Positions 29,493 through 38,237 of a DNA stretch of 64,000 nucleotides are shown one piece after another. The notes under the pieces are model-generated. The model saw nothing but the letters and a program-made list of their open reading frames with translations. It did no database searches and was not told where the DNA came from. The translations under genes were made by a program, and so were the position numbers. Within the stretch, counting starts at the first letter, position 1; each line of letters opens with the position of its first letter. The stretch covers positions 13,873 through 77,872 of the IMG/VR virus record IMGVR_UViG_3300025869_000011; one strand, given 5' to 3'. Origin of the DNA: a virus.

Positions 29493-29558
29493 ATGAAATG
29501 TAATTGTAAAACCTGTGGTTGCGGTAAATCATGTGATTGTACCTGTTGTAACTGCTAA
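29493..29558 (+). CDS. Metallothionein-like 21-aa Cys-rich peptide (absent from the ORF track)
   Basis: MKCNCKTCGCGKSCDCTCCNC; 9 Cys in CxC/CC arrangement; fills the gap between two genes and has an A-rich leader. Confidence 0.65.
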   Translation: MKCNCKTCGCGKSCDCTCCNC

Positions 29559-29569
29559 AATAAATCATT

Positions 29570-30061
29570 ATGTATAAAGTTCGTAAAATAAACTTTGGTT
29601 GGTATAAAAGGAGGCATGGTATTCTATTAGAAAATCTGCCTCCTTTAAAGCAAAAACTTTTATTGGAACATAATCATATGAAATGGTTAGATTCTGATAT
29701 ACAAGCCTTTGAGATTATATTTAAAGTTGAGGATATGAATGAGCATGAAAAGAATCCTAATCGTATACTTTGGAATCCTTTTAGAGAAACGTTTACAAAC
29801 ATTAAAGAATTAGAAAAAGACTCGGATCTCGTTGACTGGAATTGTGGAATATGTAAAGCTGGAATTAAATCAAGAATGGATTCTAGGAAGGTTGAAAATT
29901 TTGTTTGTAGTAAATGCGTGGAGTCTCATAACTCACGGAACAGCAGAGTTGACCAAAGAATAATAGATTCCTCTGTTAAATTTATGAAGCACTGTAAATC
30001 CTTACTAAAAGGTGAACAGAGGGAGTTTATGACTTACATAAGAAGATCATCAAAAGCGTAA
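29570..30061 (+). CDS. Hypothetical protein with CxxC...CxxC zinc finger
   Basis: CGIC and CSKC. Confidence 0.55.
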   Translation: MYKVRKINFGWYKRRHGILLENLPPLKQKLLLEHNHMKWLDSDIQAFEIIFKVEDMNEHEKNPNRILWNPFRETFTNIKELEKDSDLVDWNCGICKAGIKSRMDSRKVENFVCSKCVESHNSRNSRVDQRIIDSSVKFMKHCKSLLKGEQREFMTYIRRSSKA

Positions 30062-30838
30062 AGCTTCTTCTATAGTTATTTTTTTAAATGCATTTAAATT
30101 ACTAGATGGGCATGCATTTAAAATTTCTATTCCACTTCCATTAAGATCACGTTTAAGCAAATCAAACGCAGGTATAAATTGATCTTTATAAATATTAACA
30201 CCTGTAGTATTTACTGGATAGCCATCGTGGAAGTGACTTTCCTTTCCTACATTACCCATATCATATCCTAATAAGATAATTCTTTTAGCACCTAAATGAA
30301 TTGCTAAATTAATTGCAGCATAACCACTATTTCCACCGTGTGCTATTTCATCTTTTTGTTTTGACAATCCATTCTTACTTCCTCTTTTTAAAAGTTTAAT
30401 ACTTTCGTTATGATCTTTATTAGGTGTAATAGTATACTTCAAACCACTATAAGACATTATTTCTTTTCTAAGCCATCTGAATACTCTAGAATCTGTCCAA
30501 TATAAAGCTGTTGGGTTATTATAATATTTTATAGCTTTATTAATAGCTATAGTTTTTTTATTAGATAATAAATTCCACTTAAATCCTTTTAGTGAAGGGC
30601 CTCCACCAATAATGTAAACAGTTTCCCCAGCCCACAACGGTGTAATAGTATGATATTTTAAATCTTTCTTTAGTGGTGTCTTTAGTCTAACTGGATTAGG
30701 ATTTACTTTAGTAGGTACTTTATGGTGAGAATTAGTGTTTATAATTTTACCTCTCTTTACATTAGTCTTAATGTTCTTAGAAGATTCAGCTGGTACGGAT
30801 ATATTTACCACCTTTCTAATTCGTCGGCCCTTTCTCAT
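30050..30838 (-). CDS. DUF115/Maf/CstII-like glycosyltransferase-fold protein
   Basis: IIGGGPSL, IAINKA, NSGYAAINLAIHLGAKRIILLGYDM; basic N-terminal extension. Confidence 0.65.
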   Translation of the reverse strand: MRKGRRIRKVVNISVPAESSKNIKTNVKRGKIINTNSHHKVPTKVNPNPVRLKTPLKKDLKYHTITPLWAGETVYIIGGGPSLKGFKWNLLSNKKTIAINKAIKYYNNPTALYWTDSRVFRWLRKEIMSYSGLKYTITPNKDHNESIKLLKRGSKNGLSKQKDEIAHGGNSGYAAINLAIHLGAKRIILLGYDMGNVGKESHFHDGYPVNTTGVNIYKDQFIPAFDLLKRDLNGSGIEILNACPSSNLNAFKKITIEEALRF

Positions 30839-30867
30839 TGGTAGATTTTTTTTATTTATTTACATTA

Positions 30868-30900
30868 AAACAAATGTCTTTTTATCCATATAAAAATAAA
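30868..30900 (+). promoter_or_regulatory. Putative middle promoter
   Basis: AAAC-N17-TATAAAAATAAA. Confidence 0.65.
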
Positions 30901-30913
30901 TCTAACTCATTAT

Positions 30914-31876
30914 ATGAAGAATATCCAAAACATACTATTAACAGAGAAGTACAGGCCACAATCCTTAGATGATTTGATTACACCACAGAGAGTTGGTGAG
31001 AAATTAAGTAAAGGAGTTTATCAACATTTACTATTACATGGCAGTCCAGGTACCGGTAAAACTTCTGCTGCTAAGGCTTTAGTGAAACATTTTAAGCATC
31101 CTTATTTATACATTAATGCATCAACCGATACATCAGTAGATGTTGTAAGAAATAGAATTACTGACTTTTGTGCTAATCGTTCTATAATGGATGAACCAGG
31201 AAAAATGAAGGTAATTATACTTGATGAGATTGATGGTGTATCTGATCAATTCTTTAAAGCGTTAAGGGCTACAATGGATCAGTTTGCTGTTAATGCAAGA
31301 TTCGTTGCAACATGTAATTATATCAATAAAGTACCAGATCCAATTCAATCTAGGTTTGAAATGATTGATTTTGATTTTTCTAAAGAAGAAGAAACTGAAA
31401 TAATGAAAAGTTACATTATGAGGATTTTTCAAATCTGTAAAGAAGAAGGTATTGGTATCGATAAACATGCAGCTGTTGAATTAGTAAAAAGAAAATTTCC
31501 TGATTTAAGAAACATGTTAAATCAATTACAAGGATTTAAATCACAAGGCGTAGAAACTATAACTGTTGAAAACATTAAACAATTTAGTTCTGTGTATAGA
31601 GATATTTACGACCTCGTAATCGATGGAGAAGATCCTGTAAAAAATTATCAATACATGTTATCTAATTATGCAAATAGAACTGATGATGTTTTATCTTCAT
31701 TAGGTGCGGAGTTTATAGATTTTATAAAACAAGATAGGCAATCATACACTCAATTTATTCCACAGATAATTGTAACAGTTGCAAAATATCAAGCACAAAG
31801 ACAACAAGTAATAGATCCTGCAGTATCAATGCTTGCTTGTATTTATGAACTGCAAACAATAGTTAATGGGGCATGA
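30914..31876 (+). CDS. gp44: Clamp loader ATPase subunit
   Basis: EKYRPQSLDD, GSPGTGKTS, ILDEID, PIQSRF. Confidence 0.92.
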   Translation: MKNIQNILLTEKYRPQSLDDLITPQRVGEKLSKGVYQHLLLHGSPGTGKTSAAKALVKHFKHPYLYINASTDTSVDVVRNRITDFCANRSIMDEPGKMKVIILDEIDGVSDQFFKALRATMDQFAVNARFVATCNYINKVPDPIQSRFEMIDFDFSKEEETEIMKSYIMRIFQICKEEGIGIDKHAAVELVKRKFPDLRNMLNQLQGFKSQGVETITVENIKQFSSVYRDIYDLVIDGEDPVKNYQYMLSNYANRTDDVLSSLGAEFIDFIKQDRQSYTQFIPQIIVTVAKYQAQRQQVIDPAVSMLACIYELQTIVNGA

Positions 31877-32028
31877 GATCACAATTCTTAGAAAAATTAA
31901 TAAAGAAGTTTCCTAATCACATGGAGTTAGGTGGAGCAGTAGCAAGATATTACGACTTAAGACAATCAAAGTTAAGCAAGGAAGAGTGCGAAGAAATTGT
32001 ATTGAATTCTTCTTTCAGATTTAATTGA
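31873..32028 (+). CDS. Small hypothetical protein (51 aa, absent from the ORF track)
   Basis: ATGA overlap with gp44 stop; MRSQFLEKLIKKFPNHMELGGAVARYY... Confidence 0.55.
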   Translation: MRSQFLEKLIKKFPNHMELGGAVARYYDLRQSKLSKEECEEIVLNSSFRFN

Positions 32029-32043
32029 TACTTGTTATATTTA
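32014..32043 (+). promoter_or_regulatory. Weaker copy of the putative early promoter
   Basis: TTCAG-N16-TTATATTTA, same spacing as the copies at 49761 and 59258. Confidence 0.4.
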
Positions 32044-32061
32044 AAATAAATAATACACAAT

Positions 32062-33285
32062 ATGAAAAAAACAGGCAGACATACATTTGTTATAGATGGT
32101 AATTATTTTCTGTTTAGAACATTATATGTAATTCCTAGCAGATCAAAAAAGGCAGGTCTATTAGGAACAGAAGAAGACGTACAAGCTTTTGTCAAAAAAT
32201 TGGCAACTGACTTTGCATATCAAATCAGATTATTCGAAGGTCTTATCGACAAGGTTGTTTGGACGGTAGATTCAAGATCATGGAGAAAAGACTTTTACCC
32301 AGATGCAGAATATAAAGGTAATCGTAAACAGAATGATGCCCTCAACTGGGAAAACTTTTCAAAGGCAACAGCTGACTTTATTTCTATCTTATCTAAGCAA
32401 GGTGTTATTATTTCTAAAATAGACGGTGCTGAAGGTGATGATTTAATGTATGCATGGAATACTGAATGTCTTGCAAATGACAAATCAGTTATTATGTTTA
32501 CTGGTGACAGGGACTTAGTTCAATTAGTAGATAAGAGTACAAATAACAATACACATACTATTCTATTCTCACCTGCTCATAAAAAATTATATACTTATCA
32601 AGGTTTTTCTGAATGGATGGATTCACAAACAGAAGAAGAACAATCTGATGATATATTTGATGTACTAAAAACTTCTGTATCACCAGAGAATCAGGCTAAA
32701 AAATTACTTAAAGCTTTGGTTGCAAAGAAAAAGGTTTCTATTATAGAAGTTGACCCTGAAGACTTCCGTTTTCGTAAAGTACTTACTGGAGATTCAGGAG
32801 ACAATGTACCACCTGCATATTACTATCAAAAAGGCAACAGACGATATGGCATCAGCGAGAAAAAGGCAACTGCTATTATTGCAGAGTTCAAAGAAAAGCA
32901 TGGCCACTTATCTCATATGTATCTTTACAACGATGAGTATATTACTGATCTTGCAAATATGACCGTAAGAGTTATGAATGCAAAACATATGAGCAGAGAA
33001 CAGATTATTTCTAATCTAAAATCCAATGTTAATCTTATGGTACTTGCTGCTGAATCTATACCAGAAGGTATCCTAGACGAAATGTTTAAATCTGTCGAAT
33101 CTAAAATGAATGTAAAAGGTTTACAATTAAAGACAATTTCTACAATGAAATCTATTTTGGAAAATACTGAATATGCAAAAGAAACTGATAGTTCATTTAA
33201 ATCTTCTTTCTTTAAAGATGATGATACTGATTCAAGTGACATGTCTTTTATAAAAGGTAGCAAATCACAGGATAAGATTTTTTAA
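32062..33285 (+). CDS. rnh: RNase H / 5'-3' flap exonuclease
   Basis: IDGNY, SWRKDFYPDAEYKGNR, AEGDD, TGDRDLVQL, LTGDSGDNVP. Confidence 0.88.
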   Translation: MKKTGRHTFVIDGNYFLFRTLYVIPSRSKKAGLLGTEEDVQAFVKKLATDFAYQIRLFEGLIDKVVWTVDSRSWRKDFYPDAEYKGNRKQNDALNWENFSKATADFISILSKQGVIISKIDGAEGDDLMYAWNTECLANDKSVIMFTGDRDLVQLVDKSTNNNTHTILFSPAHKKLYTYQGFSEWMDSQTEEEQSDDIFDVLKTSVSPENQAKKLLKALVAKKKVSIIEVDPEDFRFRKVLTGDSGDNVPPAYYYQKGNRRYGISEKKATAIIAEFKEKHGHLSHMYLYNDEYITDLANMTVRVMNAKHMSREQIISNLKSNVNLMVLAAESIPEGILDEMFKSVESKMNVKGLQLKTISTMKSILENTEYAKETDSSFKSSFFKDDDTDSSDMSFIKGSKSQDKIF

Positions 33286-33316
33286 ACTTTTTTCTTTTTC
33301 TTCATATAAATATAAA
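33284..33316 (+). promoter_or_regulatory. Putative middle promoter
   Basis: AAAC-N17-TATAAATATAAA. Confidence 0.55.
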
Positions 33317-33324
33317 ATATCTCA

Positions 33325-33741
33325 ATGAAATTATTTGATTATATAAAAGTTCTTTTTGGTAAGGATGCACACTGGGAAAATGTAAGTGGTTATGATAAGT
33401 CTAAAAATTCTTTTATGACTAATCGATTCATGAGTATTAAATTTCCAATACAGGCAAATCTCTTTAATACTCTTAAAATTGATCCAATTGGTCAAGCAGA
33501 GGCATGGAGATTAGTTTCGTCTAAATTTAATAGAGTACCTGGTTTTATTTACACAAAGGTAAAAAAATCAGCAAAGCAAAAAGCAAAAGAATGGTCGCCT
33601 AACCCTAAGGCTTTAGAATTGTATATGAAATTTAACGAAATAGGAGAAAGAGAATATAAAGAAGCATTAAAAATTAACCCATCACAAGTACAGTCCTCGA
33701 TAGATATATTAGAAAAACAGATGGGAAATGATGTTAATTGA
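33325..33741 (+). CDS. Clamp loader small subunit (gp62-like)
   Basis: LFDYIK start, FMTNRFMS motif, size of 138 aa. Confidence 0.55.
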   Translation: MKLFDYIKVLFGKDAHWENVSGYDKSKNSFMTNRFMSIKFPIQANLFNTLKIDPIGQAEAWRLVSSKFNRVPGFIYTKVKKSAKQKAKEWSPNPKALELYMKFNEIGEREYKEALKINPSQVQSSIDILEKQMGNDVN

Positions 33742-34396
33742 TAATACCTTTGAATTAGGAATACCTACACATATACAGTTTACTTTATTTAAATATGATT
33801 ACTTTGATAGTATCATAATTACTAGAGTAAAAAAAGAGTGCAAAAACATATCTAAAGTTAACGGCGAATTTACTGTTACTAAGTCATCTTTCTTAAATGC
33901 TATAAAAACTAGTAAAAGAATTAAAGCTGAGATTGAAAAGGCAGAAGATTTTGGATACATACCAATCCCTTCAATAAAACCTAACTCTGTTTACTTTTTA
34001 ACTTCTATTTTTAGCAGATTACCTAATCTTAACACATTAACATTTAAGATTAATAATGATAAGAAATATACTCGTTTAATTAAAAATACAGCAGGTCATG
34101 ATATAATAAGTTTTCATTTTAATATCATTGAAGGTATATTTGATTTAACTAAGGTAATGGATAGAAAAGAATTAGATATTTTTAATAAAACTCTTATAGA
34201 ATTTAAAATATTAGAAAATAAGTATTTAAGTAGGAAACCATACTTTTATATGAAAGCTACTGCTATTATAGATATTTTAACTGTCATGGAAGCTGAAGGT
34301 AAATTAAGTACATTTAATATCTTGGATCACATAGATGATAAGTTAGAAGAAGATGATCCTATACTAATTGTAAAGACTGATTATACCCCTTTTTAA
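33728..34396 (+). CDS. Hypothetical protein
   Basis: Long ORF in operon context. Confidence 0.6.
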   Translation: MMLIDNTFELGIPTHIQFTLFKYDYFDSIIITRVKKECKNISKVNGEFTVTKSSFLNAIKTSKRIKAEIEKAEDFGYIPIPSIKPNSVYFLTSIFSRLPNLNTLTFKINNDKKYTRLIKNTAGHDIISFHFNIIEGIFDLTKVMDRKELDIFNKTLIEFKILENKYLSRKPYFYMKATAIIDILTVMEAEGKLSTFNILDHIDDKLEEDDPILIVKTDYTPF

Positions 34397-34397
34397 T

Positions 34398-34913
34398 ATG
34401 ATAAGAAGAGAAATGTATCAATTCAAAGGTAATGATCTATTGCCTTGTAAAAGTTGGGAAATATATTTCTTGATGTCAGAAGAAGGTCAATATTATGAAA
34501 TACTTTGGAACAGTTCAAATAATGAATTGTTAATGTCAGATACTGAATATGAAAAGAAAGGTCACAAGCCTTTAACTGATGCATTAGCAAAATATAAAAA
34601 CCCTGCTGTATTATCTATAGGTTATGGAATCGGTCTTATTAACAATTTAATTAAACTGTGCGATGGTTCTTTAACCGTCATAGAGATTAATCCTGATATT
34701 ATAAAATTAGAAACTCGTGACATTAAAGATTTAGATATTATCATTGATGATGCATTTATTTGCAATTATGATAATCTTTTTGCTGATAAAAAGTTTGATA
34801 TAATTTGGTGGGATCCTTCTGGTGGAAATAATAAAAATAAAACATTTCCAAAAGAAAGACTTAAAAATCTTTTAACAGAAAATGGCCAATTAATAAACTG
34901 GCACCATCTTTAA
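34398..34913 (+). CDS. Class I SAM-dependent methyltransferase (spermidine-synthase-like)
   Basis: VLSIGYGIG, TVIEINPDII, IIDDAF, FDIIWWD. Confidence 0.7.
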   Translation: MIRREMYQFKGNDLLPCKSWEIYFLMSEEGQYYEILWNSSNNELLMSDTEYEKKGHKPLTDALAKYKNPAVLSIGYGIGLINNLIKLCDGSLTVIEINPDIIKLETRDIKDLDIIIDDAFICNYDNLFADKKFDIIWWDPSGGNNKNKTFPKERLKNLLTENGQLINWHHL

Positions 34914-34921
34914 TCGCTTAG

Positions 34922-34933
34922 GAATATATAAAC
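34922..34933 (+). promoter_or_regulatory. Putative late promoter
   Basis: GAATATATAAAC. Confidence 0.55.
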
Positions 34934-34948
34934 AAATAATGTTTGTAT

Positions 34949-35374
34949 ATGAAATCCTTACTTAAGCGCTGTTGTGAATCGAAGCGTGAGTGTATTACTT
35001 ACTTAGTAGTCTTTTTATGGGTAGCTGTTGGTATTACTGCTACATATTTTGATACTAACTTTACTCAATTGGCTGGTTATTTTATCTCGTTAACAGGTTT
35101 TGTTGCATCATATGTGTTCGGTGAAAGCATGAGACCTAGCAATAATAGTTCTATTTTTATGAAAGGTAAAAACAGCAAGAGAGAAAATCTTATGTATATT
35201 ACAATTGCACTTTGGACTATTATAGGAGTTTGGGTAATTGTTAAAAATGCTGATCTTATGGGTGCAGCTGCTTACTTTGCTGCATTAACACCATTTGTAG
35301 GCTCTTATATAATTGGAGAAACTTTTAAAAAGGAGGGTGATTCAAAAGATTCATACGAACAAATAAATTCTTAA
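34949..35374 (+). CDS. Four-TM membrane protein with internal duplication (holin candidate)
   Basis: Two similar SKRE...LW...YF..LT.FV.SY..GE halves; late promoter. Confidence 0.5.
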   Translation: MKSLLKRCCESKRECITYLVVFLWVAVGITATYFDTNFTQLAGYFISLTGFVASYVFGESMRPSNNSSIFMKGKNSKRENLMYITIALWTIIGVWVIVKNADLMGAAAYFAALTPFVGSYIIGETFKKEGDSKDSYEQINS

Positions 35375-35377
35375 TCA

Positions 35378-37339
35378 ATGGCAGTTAATGGAAGAACAAC
35401 AGATGCTAATGGTGATGCTATATTAATTAGCCTTCAAGAACCATATTTAAACGTAGTTGAAGTACTAGGATACACTGATGTAACCAAAGGTGAGTCAACA
35501 GGTCTTTATTATAATAAACAATTTAGATGGGGAACTGACGGTGTAACATATTCTGATTATATTAATCTTACCAATGCAAATTTAGAAGCTTTATTATTAA
35601 ATCCAGATAAACCTTTTTGGATACAGTATCGTTATGAGCAAGTAGGAGATGGTACATTGGAGTTTGAATCAATTGCGTTAGAATTAGTGACTGACGGTGG
35701 TGTAATTTGTAGAATTCCACAGATAGAATGTGGAGCTGAAGGCTGTGTTGGGTTTCCTAATTTAGTTGTAGACTGTTGTGGAGATACGTGGAATCCTTAT
35801 GATTTATCTAGAGCATCATCTATGTATAATCAATTATCGGCAATAACATCAAATATGTTTGGGTTCTGTGTAGATTATTTTAAAACAAAAGCAGATCAGC
35901 GAAGCAGGGATGTAATCCTTAAAGAATATTCTTTATTTGATGTAATGCAAGAAGCTGAGGTAAAAATATTAATTCCAGATAATGAACTTCCTACTAGGGA
36001 AATTCAATTTAATCCAATGATGATGGATTTTCCAGTACAGTTTGAAATTCATATTGTAAAATCTGCATTTGAGGCAGTATTCGGAATAGGTGCAAAACCT
36101 GAAATGAGAGATTACCTGTACTTTAAAGATTATATGAATCGTATGTATGAAGTGGATGCAATTGCAGAGGCGGATGATTTTCTTTATACTGGTTCTTACT
36201 GGAGGGTTAGTCTTGTTCCTTATCAACAAAGAACTGCTGTAGGATATGAAAACACAACAGCAGGTATAAAAGCTGAAACGGATACAAAGGCTTTAGTATC
36301 AAATGTAGAAGATAAATTCAGAGTAGAGAGAGAAAATGAATTCAGAGATGTTAGAAAAGATAATCAATATAACACAATAGGTACTCAATGTAATGATTAT
36401 GTTAGAAGATCCTTAGATAAGAGATTAATTATCAGTGAAGAAAATGTTTATAATCAATGGACTATTATTTCTAAATATCATTATAAATTAGGTACTATTA
36501 AAAATGGTAATGAATCAATAAAATATCAATATGAAGGTGGCTGGGGTAGTGAAGAAGATCGTGCATTTACATTTTGGGCAAGGCCTCAGTTTTTAAAACC
36601 TATAGGAAATAATGTACTCATATTATCTATTGTAGATAAGAATGGTAAGGTGCAATTAAATACTGGAAAACTACCTGATTTTGGTAATTCTTTAAATGTT
36701 GGAGACTGGGTTAATATAAAAGGTACCCAATCATACAATGGTATTGCAAAAATTATTGAGATAGTTGGCGATTCTATTGTTATTGATGAATCATATATAG
36801 ATGATGTACTTGCTACAGGATCTCCTACATTTAATAAAGAAGAAAGTAATAATTTTATGATTTATGAAAATGATTTATTACCTCCTACGCAATATGTATC
36901 ATTGACTTATACTATTAATTGGTTTATTATGAAAATAAATAACACCTACTTTAAGTGGAAGATAAATAAACCTTTTGTAAAAAATAAATGGTATGCATTT
37001 GTTATTAATTTAAATTCAACTGCTCGCCAACTAGGATTATTTTTATATGATACAATAGAAAACTCAACCGCAATTAATCCAGCAATAACATCAGATCTTA
37101 ATTTGCTATTTAATGAAACTAAAGCATATGATCCTGTAGATGTAATAGAAGGCAAAGATTGGAAATTGTTAGGATGTAATACAGATTTAACTAATATAAG
37201 AATTTGGAAGAAGCCTATAGAGGAAGAGTTACAATCATTGATTCTTAGTCAATATGTTGTAAAAGATACTCATTTAACATTATTATTGGATAACGCATCA
37301 CCACAGTTAATGTTGCAAGATGTAACGGATGCCAGATAA
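35378..37339 (+). CDS. Virion structural protein (neck gp14-like middle region, LamG-like C-terminus)
   Basis: Position among head/packaging genes; FCVDYF...KEYSL...F.IHI.K..F pattern; KWYAFVIN...TNIRIW. Confidence 0.45.
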   Translation: MAVNGRTTDANGDAILISLQEPYLNVVEVLGYTDVTKGESTGLYYNKQFRWGTDGVTYSDYINLTNANLEALLLNPDKPFWIQYRYEQVGDGTLEFESIALELVTDGGVICRIPQIECGAEGCVGFPNLVVDCCGDTWNPYDLSRASSMYNQLSAITSNMFGFCVDYFKTKADQRSRDVILKEYSLFDVMQEAEVKILIPDNELPTREIQFNPMMMDFPVQFEIHIVKSAFEAVFGIGAKPEMRDYLYFKDYMNRMYEVDAIAEADDFLYTGSYWRVSLVPYQQRTAVGYENTTAGIKAETDTKALVSNVEDKFRVERENEFRDVRKDNQYNTIGTQCNDYVRRSLDKRLIISEENVYNQWTIISKYHYKLGTIKNGNESIKYQYEGGWGSEEDRAFTFWARPQFLKPIGNNVLILSIVDKNGKVQLNTGKLPDFGNSLNVGDWVNIKGTQSYNGIAKIIEIVGDSIVIDESYIDDVLATGSPTFNKEESNNFMIYENDLLPPTQYVSLTYTINWFIMKINNTYFKWKINKPFVKNKWYAFVINLNSTARQLGLFLYDTIENSTAINPAITSDLNLLFNETKAYDPVDVIEGKDWKLLGCNTDLTNIRIWKKPIEEELQSLILSQYVVKDTHLTLLLDNASPQLMLQDVTDAR

Positions 37340-37369
37340 CCTGGAATATATATTACAAATAACTTATTA

Positions 37370-37978
37370 ATGGAAGATAACTCAAAAGATAAATTTAGAG
37401 ATAGTATCGGAGACTTACTTAGTGAATTACCTGATGAGGTTCCTGGATTAGATAATACTCCAGAATTACCTAAAGTAAGATTAGAAAGTACACAAGCAGT
37501 TGCTCTAACGAAGGCAAAAGGTAAAGCTAAAAAAGTAATGTCTAGTTTGCTTAAGTTTTACTTAAGTGAAGAAATCATCGCAGAGCATGAATATATTCAA
37601 GCAAAATCTAATTTAGATGAATATGCATTAGGTATGCTCATTCGCCAAATGGAAAACAGTGAGGTTGCTATTTCACAATTAATGGATATTATAAATGAAG
37701 GTGATGTATCCCCAAGAATGTTTGAAGTACTTAGCGATTTACAAAGAACTCTATTAGATATTATTAAAAGCCAAACAATGTATATGGTTGCTATTGAAGA
37801 AAATGCAAAAAAGACTTCTAGGGATATTGATGTTTATCATGGCAATTCAGAGAGCAGCGGTAACAAAAAACAGAGCGGTGTTAAGTCAAGAGGTACTAAA
37901 GATTTAATGAGAGCATTACAAGAAACAATTAACGAAGAAGATATACAAGATGTCGATAGCGATGAAAATGAAGAATGA
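37370..37978 (+). CDS. Terminase small subunit (gp16-like)
   Basis: SPRMFEVLSDL and GTKDLMRAL motifs; upstream of the large terminase. Confidence 0.6.
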   Translation: MEDNSKDKFRDSIGDLLSELPDEVPGLDNTPELPKVRLESTQAVALTKAKGKAKKVMSSLLKFYLSEEIIAEHEYIQAKSNLDEYALGMLIRQMENSEVAISQLMDIINEGDVSPRMFEVLSDLQRTLLDIIKSQTMYMVAIEENAKKTSRDIDVYHGNSESSGNKKQSGVKSRGTKDLMRALQETINEEDIQDVDSDENEE

Positions 37979-38237
37979 TTACATTCTTACACAGGAAATA
38001 AAACAAACAGAAAGAAAAACTGAAGGTGGTTTAATTATTCCTGGTGAAAAGTATAATAGGCAAGCTTTAGTAGTTGAAGTAGCAAATGACCTTGAAATAA
38101 AGAAAGGTGATAAAATTATAAAAACAATAGGCAAGGGTACTGAATATACTTTTGAAGGTAATAAGTTTGAAATCCTTCACATAAATCATATTCTTGCTGT
38201 TATAGAAGAAAATGGCACAGAAACCACAAGCACCTAG
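37962..38237 (+). CDS. GroES/Cpn10-like co-chaperonin
   Basis: NDYIL...KTEGGLIIPG...IKKGDKI...GTEY...ILAVIE; exact start uncertain. Confidence 0.75.
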   Translation: MKMKNDYILTQEIKQTERKTEGGLIIPGEKYNRQALVVEVANDLEIKKGDKIIKTIGKGTEYTFEGNKFEILHINHILAVIEENGTETTST

